A DNA stretch of 64,000 bases from Thermodesulfobacteriota bacterium (GTDB lineage Bacteria; Desulfobacterota; Desulfobulbia; Desulfobulbales; SURF-16): positions 192,001-256,000 of the forward strand of contig JBFMAY010000001.1 in NCBI GenBank assembly GCA_040755455.1, given 5' to 3'. Every line of letters begins with the position of its first letter. The stretch's first letter is position 1. Below the pieces are notes generated by a model. The model was not told where the DNA came from and did not search any database. It saw only the letters and a list, made by a program, of their open reading frames with translations. The position numbers were made by a program, and so were the translations under genes. Shown piece after piece: positions 20,258 through 29,414 of this stretch.

Positions 20258-21808
20258 TCAAGGGCGGGGTTTATTGTTTCGTTTGTCCAGCCCCAGGTAG
20301 AAGTTGCGCCATGACGAGCTGTTGTTGAGCAGCCAGTTGCGGGGCGGTTCAAAGCCGTTTTTGAATTCGCCTTGGCGGTTTGCCGAGGCGAGGCGTTCAT
20401 AGGTCCTGACGTAGATGCAGCGTTTTTTGCCCGGATAGACTTCGCACCAGCCGTCGCGGCTGCCGCCGCAGGGGCCGTTCAGCATGTATTTGGCGCAGCC
20501 TGATTGGGGGCAGAGATAGGCCAGCGAGGCCAGGGTGCAGTCTCCGCAGTTCTGGCAGGCGAACATGAGAAATTTACTGATCTGTTCAAAGGCGGAAAAG
20601 GGGCGCTTGAACAGAGAGTCATGCAGGGCCAGGCAGGTCTGACGGCTGATCTTGAAAAACGGGCTTTGCGGATCAAACGCCGTGTTGTGCACCAGGCGGG
20701 ACACCGCATAAACGGGTCGCAGTTTTTCATATCCCTGCCCGCAGGTTCTGGCTTCCTCCAGGTTGAGCCCGGTTCTGCGGTCCTTCCGGTAAAGGCGAAA
20801 CCCCTCCTCCGGCCAGAAGGTCAGCTCCGTGATGAGATCCTTTGCCCTGGACTGGTATTTTTCCATGGCGCTGAGCATGAGGTCAAAGTCCTCCATGTCA
20901 AGGCCGGGGCCGCCGATATGGGCGCCGTCATAGCCCATGTCCTTGAGGACCGCCATCAGCTTTGCCGCCCTGGTCAGCCGCGCCTTTTTGCCCCGGTCCG
21001 GCGAGTTGGCCTCCTGTTGCATCTCTTTGTACAGCGCCTCCGGGATGACGCACCCCGGAACCCCGCCCCGGTACATGATATCGGCCAGGGGCATGGTGGG
21101 GATGAAAACACTGGCGAGAATCGGCACATTGAGGGCCTGCTGCCGCATGTAGAGGAGAACCTCATGAAACTTCCGGGCGTCAAAGCCGAGCTGGGTGATG
21201 ACATAATCGGCGCCGGCGGCGATTTTGCGGTGCAGCTTGTAATACTGCATGAGCTGCTCCGCCTCGGTCAGCTTGAAGGGCGAGACGGCAACCCCCTTGA
21301 AAAAGGAGGTGGGATGGTCCGGCTGGTTGAGATAGAGGCCTTGGTTCATCAGGTTGAGCATGTCCACCACATGGACACTGTCCAGGTCAAACACTGGCTT
21401 GGGATGGCCTCTGTAGCCCTGTTTCGGATAATCTCCGGAGATGACCAGCAGGTTGTGCAGCCCGCGCCGGTCCCAGCCGAAGAGCTGGCCTTCCATCTCG
21501 TTGCGGTTTTTATCCTTGCAGGATAAATGGCTGATGACATCAAGGCCCATGTCCAATATTTCAAGGCCCAGCACCTCCGGTGACAGGGCGGGGTGCCCCC
21601 CGGCATTATCGGTGATGCTTACCGCCTGAATCCTGCCGTCCGCGGCCAGATCGCCGGCCAGGCCCAGGGTACGGTCAATCTGTCTGTTTTTGCCGCCCCG
21701 GCTTGGCACCAGCTCGAAGGTGATGGTGAACTCCGTCCGGTTGCCGACGGACTGTCGGAAACGGGACAGGGGCTGGGCGGCAGGTTTATCTTTACTTTCC
21801 GGTGTCAT
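20258..21808 (-). CDS. Methylenetetrahydrofolate reductase fused to C-terminal Cys-rich MetV-like domain
   Basis: FELVP, SITDNAGG, HLSCKDKNR, ISGD and ITQLGFD (MTHFR); CQNCGDC...CP...CAK...NGPCGG...G.CEV....CIY (MTHFR_C/MetV). Confidence 0.88.
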   Translation of the reverse strand: MTPESKDKPAAQPLSRFRQSVGNRTEFTITFELVPSRGGKNRQIDRTLGLAGDLAADGRIQAVSITDNAGGHPALSPEVLGLEILDMGLDVISHLSCKDKNRNEMEGQLFGWDRRGLHNLLVISGDYPKQGYRGHPKPVFDLDSVHVVDMLNLMNQGLYLNQPDHPTSFFKGVAVSPFKLTEAEQLMQYYKLHRKIAAGADYVITQLGFDARKFHEVLLYMRQQALNVPILASVFIPTMPLADIMYRGGVPGCVIPEALYKEMQQEANSPDRGKKARLTRAAKLMAVLKDMGYDGAHIGGPGLDMEDFDLMLSAMEKYQSRAKDLITELTFWPEEGFRLYRKDRRTGLNLEEARTCGQGYEKLRPVYAVSRLVHNTAFDPQSPFFKISRQTCLALHDSLFKRPFSAFEQISKFLMFACQNCGDCTLASLAYLCPQSGCAKYMLNGPCGGSRDGWCEVYPGKKRCIYVRTYERLASANRQGEFKNGFEPPRNWLLNNSSSWRNFYLGLDKRNNKPRP

Positions 21809-21873
21809 GCTGGTTAGATAAGGTCGGATAACTCATGATCGATTCGAGGTAAATGGTTTGACAGATTGCCTTT

Positions 21874-23130
21874 ATGGCATACGACTTTATGGAATCTCCA
21901 CTGCTGCTCATCTTCGTTGTTTTTGTCCTTATTAAAGGTATAGAAAATATTGTCGCCTGGGTTAACCTGCGTCATATTCGGCGGTATGGCCACCGGGTGC
22001 CGTCGGGCTTTGCCGGTTTTGTCGATGATCAAACCCTTGCCCGCATGCGGGACTATACCGTTGAGCATGGCCGCATTGATCAGTTTGCGTCCGCCTTTGA
22101 TTTCGTCATAACCCTTGGCTTTATCTTCGGCGGGGTGTTGAACTGGTATAATTCATGGCTGACCGGCCTGGGATGGCCTTCTGTTGCGACCGGCATCTGC
22201 TTTTTTCTCTTTCTCTCCTATGGGAGTTTTTTCGTGCAGATTCCCTTTGATCTGTACAGCACCTTTGTCATTGAGGAGAAATACGGGTTCAACCGCCGGA
22301 CGTTTTCCCTGTGGCTGGCGGATGCCGTCAAAGGTCTGCTGCTCACCACCGTCTTTGCCGCCCTGCTCCTGTGGGTGGCCTTCCTGATCATTGCCGCCAT
22401 GCCGGACTACTGGTGGATTCTACTGTGGCTTTTCATGCTCTTTTTCAAGCTGTTCATGCTGTATATCTCCCCGTATGTCATTGAGCCGCTGTTTAATAAA
22501 TTTACTCCCATTGCTGATAAAAGTCTTGAGGAAAAGATCAGGAAACTGCTGGCCAGGGCCGGTCTGTCCGTCTCCAGGGTCTTTACCATGGATGCCTCAA
22601 GGAGAAGCGGCCACGGCAACGCCTATTTCAGCGGTATCGGCCATGTAAAACGGATTGTGCTGTTTGATACGCTGCTGGAAAAAAACAGCGAGGAGGAAAT
22701 CCTGGCGATTCTGGCCCACGAGGCCGGTCACTGGAAGAAAAAACATATCCTGAAAAGGCTGGTGGTCATGGAGTGCGTTTCCTTTGTCGCCCTCTATCTT
22801 GCCTGGTGGTTCATGCAAGGTGATGGTCTTGCCGCGGTTTTTCACATCAGCGAGCCGACCCTTTACGTCAAACTGCTGCTGGTCGGTTTCTGCGGGGCGC
22901 TGGCCGCATTTCCCTGCAAGCCTTTTTCCAGCTTCATCTCACGGCAGCATGAGTGGGAGGCGGACCGCTTTGCCATTGACCTGGCCGGAAATCCCCGGGC
23001 CCTGGCCCGAGCCCTGGTCAAACTTGGCCGGGACAACCTGGCGAACCTCCATCCGCACCCCTGGTACATCGCTCTCCATTACAGCCATCCGCCGCTGCCG
23101 CAGCGGGTCAGAAAGCTGCTGGCCGCCTGA
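21874..23130 (+). CDS. M48 family zinc metalloprotease (Ste24-like)
   Basis: Multiple TMs; DASRRSGHGNAYF, RIVLFDTLL, HEAGH (HExxH), EWEAD, YSHPP..R. The start may be 21889. Confidence 0.93.
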   Translation: MAYDFMESPLLLIFVVFVLIKGIENIVAWVNLRHIRRYGHRVPSGFAGFVDDQTLARMRDYTVEHGRIDQFASAFDFVITLGFIFGGVLNWYNSWLTGLGWPSVATGICFFLFLSYGSFFVQIPFDLYSTFVIEEKYGFNRRTFSLWLADAVKGLLLTTVFAALLLWVAFLIIAAMPDYWWILLWLFMLFFKLFMLYISPYVIEPLFNKFTPIADKSLEEKIRKLLARAGLSVSRVFTMDASRRSGHGNAYFSGIGHVKRIVLFDTLLEKNSEEEILAILAHEAGHWKKKHILKRLVVMECVSFVALYLAWWFMQGDGLAAVFHISEPTLYVKLLLVGFCGALAAFPCKPFSSFISRQHEWEADRFAIDLAGNPRALARALVKLGRDNLANLHPHPWYIALHYSHPPLPQRVRKLLAA

Positions 23131-23158
23131 CAGTGGCGGGTGGCAAAGAGAGGGGAAA

Positions 23159-23806
23159 ATGCACTGGCGCGAGCGAGCAGCAGTATTTCATGACAGGGCG
23201 GAGGACTATGACAGGTGGTTTGACAACAGCCTGCTGTTTGCCATTGAACTGGCAGCACTCCGGGAACTGCAGACCCCTCTTGCCGATCCGAAAATCGAGG
23301 TGGGGGTGGGGCCGGGCCGTTTTGCCCGAGCCCTGCAGGTTGCCATTGGTGTTGATCCGGCCCTGGCGCCTCTCAAGCTGGCCCGGTCAAGAAACATCAA
23401 CGTGATCCGGGCCATCGGCGAGCAACTGCCCTTTGCCGGGGGAAGTGCGGGCAGTGTCTATATCCTTTTCACCCTCTGCTTCCTGGCTGAGCCCCGGAAG
23501 GCGCTTGGCGAATGTCACCGCATATTGCGGCCGAACGGCCATCTGGTGCTGGGCATGGTGCCGGCCCCAGGAGCATGGGGCCAGGCCTTGCAGGCCAAAA
23601 AGGAGAAGAACCATCCTTTTTACCGGCATGCCTCTTTTTGTCAGGCCAGGCAGGCGGCTGACTGGCTGCAGGAGGAAGGCTTTGCCTTGGTGGAGAGCCG
23701 TTCGTCCCTCTTTCAGGGACCGGAGGAGCTGCGCGAGATGGAACATTCCCGGCCTGGTCTTGACGAGAGGGCCGGATTCTGTCTTCTGGTCGGGGAAAAA
23801 CGGTAA
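23159..23806 (+). CDS. Class I SAM-dependent methyltransferase
   Basis: ATG at 23159 after AGGGGA; YDRWFD, IEVGVGPGRFA (motif I), GEQLPF, TLCF, ECHRILRPNG. Confidence 0.85.
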   Translation: MHWRERAAVFHDRAEDYDRWFDNSLLFAIELAALRELQTPLADPKIEVGVGPGRFARALQVAIGVDPALAPLKLARSRNINVIRAIGEQLPFAGGSAGSVYILFTLCFLAEPRKALGECHRILRPNGHLVLGMVPAPGAWGQALQAKKEKNHPFYRHASFCQARQAADWLQEEGFALVESRSSLFQGPEELREMEHSRPGLDERAGFCLLVGEKR

Positions 23807-23844
23807 TTCCAAGTCGCCTGCAAGCCAATACCTTGCGGTTTTTT

Positions 23845-24162
23845 CTATTCCCGGTCCATCCAGTTCTGCCTTTCCTTGAAGAACCCGTAGGCAAAAAATG
23901 CGGTGCTGGTGACGATCAGCGCTGATACCAGCAGGGCGGGAATCCAGCCGGCCGACCCCATCTGTTCCTCAGCCATATCGGCCAGGTCACGTTTGCAGTA
24001 ACGACAGACCAGCGCGTTGCTGTAGATTTTTTCCTTGCAGTATGGGCAGGTTTGCATATTCATATTTTTCAATGTATCGTGCTGATAGGGCAATGTCAAG
24101 TCGCTGTTGCAGCTGCAGTCAGAATCATGATAACAGTCCGGTGTTAAATGGAAATTTTTCAT
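23845..24162 (-). CDS. Small zinc-ribbon membrane protein
   Basis: CPYCKEKI...A.VCRYC plus C-terminal TM; SD AAGGAG upstream of 24162. Confidence 0.65.
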   Translation of the reverse strand: MKNFHLTPDCYHDSDCSCNSDLTLPYQHDTLKNMNMQTCPYCKEKIYSNALVCRYCKRDLADMAEEQMGSAGWIPALLVSALIVTSTAFFAYGFFKERQNWMDRE

Positions 24163-24181
24163 TTCTCTCCTTGGGGATTTT

Positions 24182-25135
24182 TCAGTCTTGCACCACGACC
24201 ACAGGTCGCCCCGGGGATAACTTCGCCCTGTCGAAAATGGTCAGGTTGTTATGGCCTATAATGCCCTGCAGGGTTTCGACGTATTCCTGTCTCCTTTCCG
24301 AATAAAACTCCAGGGTATTGACCAGGCTGTAGCCATCCAGGCCGCCCTTCTGCTCCCGGCGCTGCTCGGCCCTGGCCAGCCGGAAATTCGAGTAGGCCTC
24401 ATGGGTGTTGATGTTCATGGCATAGGCCTTGATCGAGTCAATGAGGGTCGGGAAGTCGGCAATGCGGTAATCTCCCCGGTCCTCTCTGCGGTTTTCCGGC
24501 ATTATGCCCTCGCCCCCCCAGCACCACTGGCCGAAAAGCGCATTGCCTTCAGCGGCAAAGCGTGAGGTGGCATAGCCGCTTTCGTAGGCCATCTGGCCCA
24601 GGGCCATGGATACGGGAATGGTGTCGACCCGCAGGAAGATCTTCTCAAAAAACTCATCAGTGAGAGCCACCGGCTCGGTTTCCTGCACAACCTCGTAGCG
24701 CCTGGCAAGGTTCTCCAGCCAGGCGAGATCCTCCTCGCCGGGTTCCAGCCCCTCCCGGTGCTGCTGCGCAAGGACCTGCAGATAGCTTCTTTCCGCGCTG
24801 ATCTGTTCATTCACCCTGAGCACCAGAGGCAGCATGGAGCGGTAGAAAAGGCTCTTTCTGGTGGCGACTGGCTCGTCGTCCGCCCAGTTGTTGTCGATGG
24901 TGTCCAGGTAAATGCGGGGCACGGTAAAGTCGGCGTTTTCGACCACGCAACTGGTATAGCCGATTGACTCGTAATAGTCCCATATCTGCCGGGCCGATTC
25001 CAGGGTCAGTTTTTCAGGTTCTTCTTCCGGGGCCTCCCACGGTCGGTGCCCGGGTTGAAGCAGGAAGAGATATGACACCAGGCCGGCGGCAATGACTCCT
25101 CCGAGAGCTGTGGCGGCAAGCAGCTTTTTTTTCAT
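24182..25135 (-). CDS. Glucosaminidase-domain (GH73, Bax-like) protein
   Basis: N-terminal anchor MKKKLLAATALGG; RVDTIPVSMALGQMAYESGYATSRFA.EGNALFGQW, Y.MNINTH.AY, YSER. Confidence 0.85.
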   Translation of the reverse strand: MKKKLLAATALGGVIAAGLVSYLFLLQPGHRPWEAPEEEPEKLTLESARQIWDYYESIGYTSCVVENADFTVPRIYLDTIDNNWADDEPVATRKSLFYRSMLPLVLRVNEQISAERSYLQVLAQQHREGLEPGEEDLAWLENLARRYEVVQETEPVALTDEFFEKIFLRVDTIPVSMALGQMAYESGYATSRFAAEGNALFGQWCWGGEGIMPENRREDRGDYRIADFPTLIDSIKAYAMNINTHEAYSNFRLARAEQRREQKGGLDGYSLVNTLEFYSERRQEYVETLQGIIGHNNLTIFDRAKLSPGRPVVVVQD

Positions 25136-25343
25136 AACGTTGGCCTTATTTCCAAGTGATATCCTTGTGTTGTAAAAAAATCGCATGAAGCGGGCCAGCA
25201 CGGGCACCAACCGTCATCCAGCAGGCGACGAAGAAAAAATACAGCGGATTGTAACCGTATTCGCCGGGCAAGACAAGCAAATCGATGGAACCGGGCCGTG
25301 GGTGTCGGAGAAAAAAGTCATGAGGCACTTTTTTTGTTTTTTC

Positions 25344-25357
25344 TTGATCTAAGTCAA
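25344..25357 (+). promoter_or_regulatory. CRP/FNR-family (FNR/Dnr/HcpR-type) box upstream of nrfHA
   Basis: TTGAT-CTAA-GTCAA, one mismatch to TTGAT-N4-ATCAA. Confidence 0.55.
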
Positions 25358-25435
25358 GGACAGTCCGCAGGTCTCCCGGTAGGCTTTTGCCAGAGGCCAA
25401 ATCTATGAGGAAAACTACAACCGAGGAGGAAAACG

Positions 25436-25540
25436 ATGGAGAGAAGGACACATTTATTGCAGGCTGCGGCCTTCTGCATGCTGTCGCAATATCTGGACGA
25501 TGACAAAATCACTGCTGCCGTCAAGGAGGTGCATCCATGA
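25436..25540 (+). CDS. Putative 34-aa leader peptide coupled to nrfH
   Basis: Strong SD GAGGAGG; MERRTHLLQAAAFCMLSQYLDDDKITAAVKEVHP*; stop overlaps the nrfH start (ATGA). Confidence 0.4.
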   Translation: MERRTHLLQAAAFCMLSQYLDDDKITAAVKEVHP

Positions 25541-25992
25541 CGAACAGGAAGAGGAAGGCGGTCGGCCTGGCCGTCCTCGGGGCCGGCATTTTTTCTGCTG
25601 TTTTCCTGATGCTGGGGCCGCCCAGGCTGCTGGCCAAATCGGAAACCCCCGATTTCTGCGCCGGCTGTCACGTGATGGAGGCGGAATATGATGCATGGTC
25701 GCATGCCGGCGCCCATCGCCGTAATGCCTGTGTTGACTGTCACCTGCCAAACCGCAACAAGGCGGTGCATTATGTCTGGAAGAGCATCGACGGCATGAAG
25801 GACACCTTGGCCTTTTATTCCGGCCGGGTGCCCGAGCGGATCGCCATCAGTGCACATGGCCGGGAAGTATTGCAGGATAACTGCATCCGCTGTCATGAAA
25901 GCACCGTTGCCCACATTGACCAGGAACGGCCATGCTGGCAATGCCATCGCCGGATTAGCCACAGGGGAACCGGTCAGATTTTAACACTGTAA
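25537..25992 (+). CDS. nrfH: Cytochrome c nitrite reductase small subunit (tetraheme, NapC/NirT family)
   Basis: N-terminal TM; CAGCHVM, CVDCH, CIRCH and CWQCH; directly upstream of nrfA. Confidence 0.95.
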   Translation: MTNRKRKAVGLAVLGAGIFSAVFLMLGPPRLLAKSETPDFCAGCHVMEAEYDAWSHAGAHRRNACVDCHLPNRNKAVHYVWKSIDGMKDTLAFYSGRVPERIAISAHGREVLQDNCIRCHESTVAHIDQERPCWQCHRRISHRGTGQILTL

Positions 25993-26023
25993 ACGTCCAC
26001 AAAGAGATAAGAAGGAGAAGAAC

Positions 26024-27511
26024 ATGAAGAAGAGATTATTGTTGCCCCTGGCTTTGCTGGCAGCCGGCAGCGTGATGCTGACAGGCTGCAATGCCCCTGA
26101 GAAGGTCGAGGCCGTCCGGCCGGTGCAGATTGCCGAAGGAGAGATGGACCCCGGTGAATGGGGCAAGGCCTATCCCGTCCACTACGATCTGTGGAAAAAA
26201 ACCGCCGAGCCGACCGAGCCGGGCAAGAGCAAGTACAAGAGAGGCTTTGACGCGGACGGCATCACCTATGACAAACTATCGGAATTTCCCTACATGGCCC
26301 TGCTTTTCAATGGCTGGGGCTTTGGCGTTGAGTACAACGAGCCGCGCGGCCATGCCTATATGATGACGGACCAGGTGGATATCGACCCGGCACGGGTAAA
26401 GGCCGGCGGCGTCTGCCTCACCTGCAAGACACCCTACGCCCCCAAGCTGGAGAAGGAAAAGGGGCTGGATTACTACAGCAAGCCCTGGGCCGAGGTGCGC
26501 GCCATGATCCCGGAGAAGCATCAGGACATGGGCGTGGCCTGCATCGACTGCCACGACAGCAAGGACATGTCCCTGGCCCTTTCCCGGGAGTTCACCCTGG
26601 GCAAGGCCCTTGACGCCATGCAGGTGGACCGGGCCAAACTCACCCACCAGGACATGCGTACCCTGGTCTGCGCCCAGTGTCATGTGACCTACAACATCCC
26701 CAAGGCGGACGGCAAATCGGTGAGCGTCTATTTTCCGTGGCAGGGAAGTTCCTGGGGCGATATCTCGGTTGAGAACATCATCAAGCAGATACGCACGGAC
26801 CAGTCGGTGGGAGAATGGACCCAGGCGGTGACCGGCTACAAGATGCCATTCATGCGTCATCCCGAATTCGAGCTCTTCTCCCGCAACAGCGTGCACTGGA
26901 TGGCCGGCGTTGCCTGCGCCGACTGCCATATGCCCTATACCAAGGTAGGGTCAAACAAGGTGTCCGACCACCGGGTGACCAGTCCGCTCAAGAACGATCT
27001 CAAAGCCTGCCAGCAGTGCCATACGGAAACCCCGGAGTGGCTGCGCAATCAGGTGACCGCCATCCAGGACCGCGTCACCTCCATGATGATCCGTTCCGGC
27101 TATGCCACGGCCACGGTGGCCAAGCTGATTGAAAAGGTGCATGGCCTGCAGGCGCAGGGCAAAGAGATCGATCAGCAGCTCTATGCGCAGGCCAAGGATT
27201 TCTATATGGAGGCTTTCTTGCGCAGTCTGTATATCGGGGCCGAGAATTCGGTGGGCTTCCACAACCCCACCGAGGCCATGCGGATACTTGGCGATGCCAC
27301 CGGCTTTGCCATGAAGGCGGAAGGGCTCCTGCGCCAGGCCTTGACCCGGGCCGGAGAGGAGGTGCCGATGGTGGTCAATCTCGAACTTGACAAGTACCTC
27401 AATGAGCGGGGCAAGAAAAAGCTCATGTTGCAGAAGGACGTGGAATTCAAGGACCCCTTCGGCGTGCAGGACAAACTGGTGAACGTGGAACTCACCAGCA
27501 AGCCGTTGTGA
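26024..27511 (+). CDS. nrfA: Ammonia-forming cytochrome c nitrite reductase, pentaheme catalytic subunit
   Basis: Lipobox LTGC; YNEPRGH; CLTCK (Lys-ligated active-site heme) plus CIDCH, CAQCH, CADCH and CQQCH; RHPEFE; AENSVGFH. Confidence 0.96.
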   Translation: MKKRLLLPLALLAAGSVMLTGCNAPEKVEAVRPVQIAEGEMDPGEWGKAYPVHYDLWKKTAEPTEPGKSKYKRGFDADGITYDKLSEFPYMALLFNGWGFGVEYNEPRGHAYMMTDQVDIDPARVKAGGVCLTCKTPYAPKLEKEKGLDYYSKPWAEVRAMIPEKHQDMGVACIDCHDSKDMSLALSREFTLGKALDAMQVDRAKLTHQDMRTLVCAQCHVTYNIPKADGKSVSVYFPWQGSSWGDISVENIIKQIRTDQSVGEWTQAVTGYKMPFMRHPEFELFSRNSVHWMAGVACADCHMPYTKVGSNKVSDHRVTSPLKNDLKACQQCHTETPEWLRNQVTAIQDRVTSMMIRSGYATATVAKLIEKVHGLQAQGKEIDQQLYAQAKDFYMEAFLRSLYIGAENSVGFHNPTEAMRILGDATGFAMKAEGLLRQALTRAGEEVPMVVNLELDKYLNERGKKKLMLQKDVEFKDPFGVQDKLVNVELTSKPL

Positions 27512-27550
27512 AAAAAATAATATCGCCGTCTGGATGTCAGAGGCGGCATA

Positions 27551-27603
27551 AGGAGCCGTAACGAACTGTGCAAAGATGAAAAGGTTGTTTCGTAACGGCT
27601 CCT
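27551..27603. repeat. ~52-bp palindromic element, copy 1 (REP/MITE-like)
   Basis: AGGAGCCGTAACGAA...TTCGTAACGGCTCCT; homologous in reverse orientation to 42909-42959. Confidence 0.75.
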
Positions 27604-27629
27604 TGTAAATCAGCACTGGTGACTTTCCC

Positions 27630-27667
27630 GGCATGCCGGCCTCAATTGGGGCTGGCATGCCTTTTTT
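27630..27667 (+). terminator. Intrinsic terminator of nrfHA
   Basis: GGCATGCCGGCCTC-AATT-GGGGCTGGCATGCC followed by TTTTTT. Confidence 0.8.
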
Positions 27668-27733
27668 GTTTCGACAGAGCGGACTGACGCTACAATACCC
27701 CCAATAGATACCAATTCTCCCCCTGACGTTCCT

Positions 27734-27960
27734 GTGCAACGTCTGCTGTTATGTGAGCCTCTCCTGGCGGACAGCCTGGCCTCCGATGCGGCAGGCTACA
27801 ATGCCGCCCGCCATTTCAAGGAGCAGCAGCGGACCATCGCCGCCAGGCACCTCAGCTCTTTTGTTGCCCGCAACATCAAGGATATCCTCCGGCAGTTCGA
27901 GGGGCACGGTGTTGACCACCGCAACCCCATGAATCAGACCCCGACAGCGAAGGGGATCCT
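27734..27960 (+). pseudogene. Probable gene remnant, resembling the C-terminal region of large UvrD-helicase/ankyrin proteins
   Basis: Protein-like stretch RNIKDILRQFEGHGVDHRNPMNQTP breaks into non-coding-looking sequence; no SD or start context. The resemblance is from recall only. Confidence 0.3.
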
Positions 27961-28108
27961 TAAAAGGGTGGGGGTACTTCGTAAAAAGTCCGGTTTGGTG
28001 ATGGTGGAGCAGTGCGCATCCGGACGAAAACCGGCTTCCTTCATGGTTCATTGCTTGCTGATCATGTGGTTTTTCTATCAACTACTCTGCAAAATTGCAG
28101 TGATTGAT

Positions 28109-28143
28109 CATGCAAATTGTAAAAGACTTTGACAATTTGCATG
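28109..28143. promoter_or_regulatory. Perfect 12-bp inverted repeat (candidate operator) upstream of AAA_14 gene
   Basis: CATGCAAATTGT-N11-ACAATTTGCATG overlapping a TTGACA, ending 19 bp before ATG 28163. Confidence 0.5.
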
Positions 28144-28162
28144 GATGTGATAATTTTTGTAT

Positions 28163-29328
28163 ATGATTCCAAGAGATAGCGAACAGACCATCCGTACCCT
28201 CTTGCGCGGCTTCCCGGTCATCACCTGACCGGCGCGCGGCAATCGGGCAAGACAACGCTTGCCAGAGCTGTCTTTCCCGACCGCCCTTATGCCTCGCTGG
28301 AAGATCCGGACATCCGCCGTCTTGCCCAGGATGATCCCCGTTCGTTTCTGGACCGGTTCCCCGATGGCGGGGTGCTTGATGAGGTGCAACGCTGTCCGGA
28401 TATTCTCTCTTATCTGCAGACCATTGTCGATGCAGACGGCCGGATGGGGCTCTATATCCTCACCGGCTCCCAGCAGTTCGGGCTGATGTCAGGTATAACC
28501 CAGTCCCTGGCGGGCCGCGCCGCTTTTATAGAACTGCCGCCGTTTTCCGTTGCCGAATTGATCCGGGCCGGCAAACTCCCGGCGGATGCTGACACCATGC
28601 TGCTCGCCGGATGCTATCCGCCGCTCTATGACCGTGCAATCCCGCCCGCCGCGTGGTTTGGCGCCTATGTTACGGCGTATGTCGAACGGGACGTCCGGCA
28701 ACTGCTCAAGGTGCAGGATCTTGAATCATTCCAGCGCTTCGTGCGTCTCTGCGCCGGCAGGACCGCCCAGCTTCTCAATCTCTCCTCGCTCGCCACGGAA
28801 TGCGGCATTACCCACAACACGGCCAGGGCCTGGATATCGGTGCTCGAGGCCAGCTATCTCGTGTTTCTGCTCCGGCCGCACCACGCCAGTTTCAACAAGC
28901 GTCTCGTGAAAATGCCCAAACTCTATTTCTATGACACCGGCCTGGCATGCTGGCTTTTGGGGATCAGAACCCCGGAACAGCTGGCCATGCATCCGTTGCG
29001 GGGCAGCATATTCGAGACCTTCGTCACCGCGGAACTGGCCAAGTCGCAACTTAACCAAGGCGAGCCCCGCAACCTCTATTTCTGGCGGGACAGCAACGGC
29101 AACGAGGTGGATGTGTTGGTCGAATACGGCGACAGATTGATGCCCATCGAGATCAAGTCCGGCAAAACGGTAAACCGTGATTTTTTTACCGGGCTGGAGA
29201 AATGGCTGGCCCTGGCGGGCCGCGCCGCCCTCAACCCCACCCTGGTCTACGGCGGCGCTGACACCTTTGATCACCAGGGGGTGAAGGTGGTCGGCTGGCA
29301 GGGGTGCGGCGAGCTTCTTTCTGCCTAA
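28163..29328 (+). pseudogene. AAA_14/DUF4143 ATP-binding protein with frameshift near codon 21
   Basis: ATG 28163 gives MIPRDSEQTIRTLLRGFPVIT* (TGA 28226). The -1 frame continues LTGARQSGKTT (Walker A), LDEVQ, LTGSQ, KLYFYDTG, FWRD..GNEVD and PIEIKS. Confidence 0.85.
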
Positions 29329-29414
29329 CCGTTTATCTCTCACTATGTGAAAACGTTTATTATTGAACAGGGTCAAGTCGAATGATCGAATTGAGGCCCC
29401 TTGTCATGCGTTCT

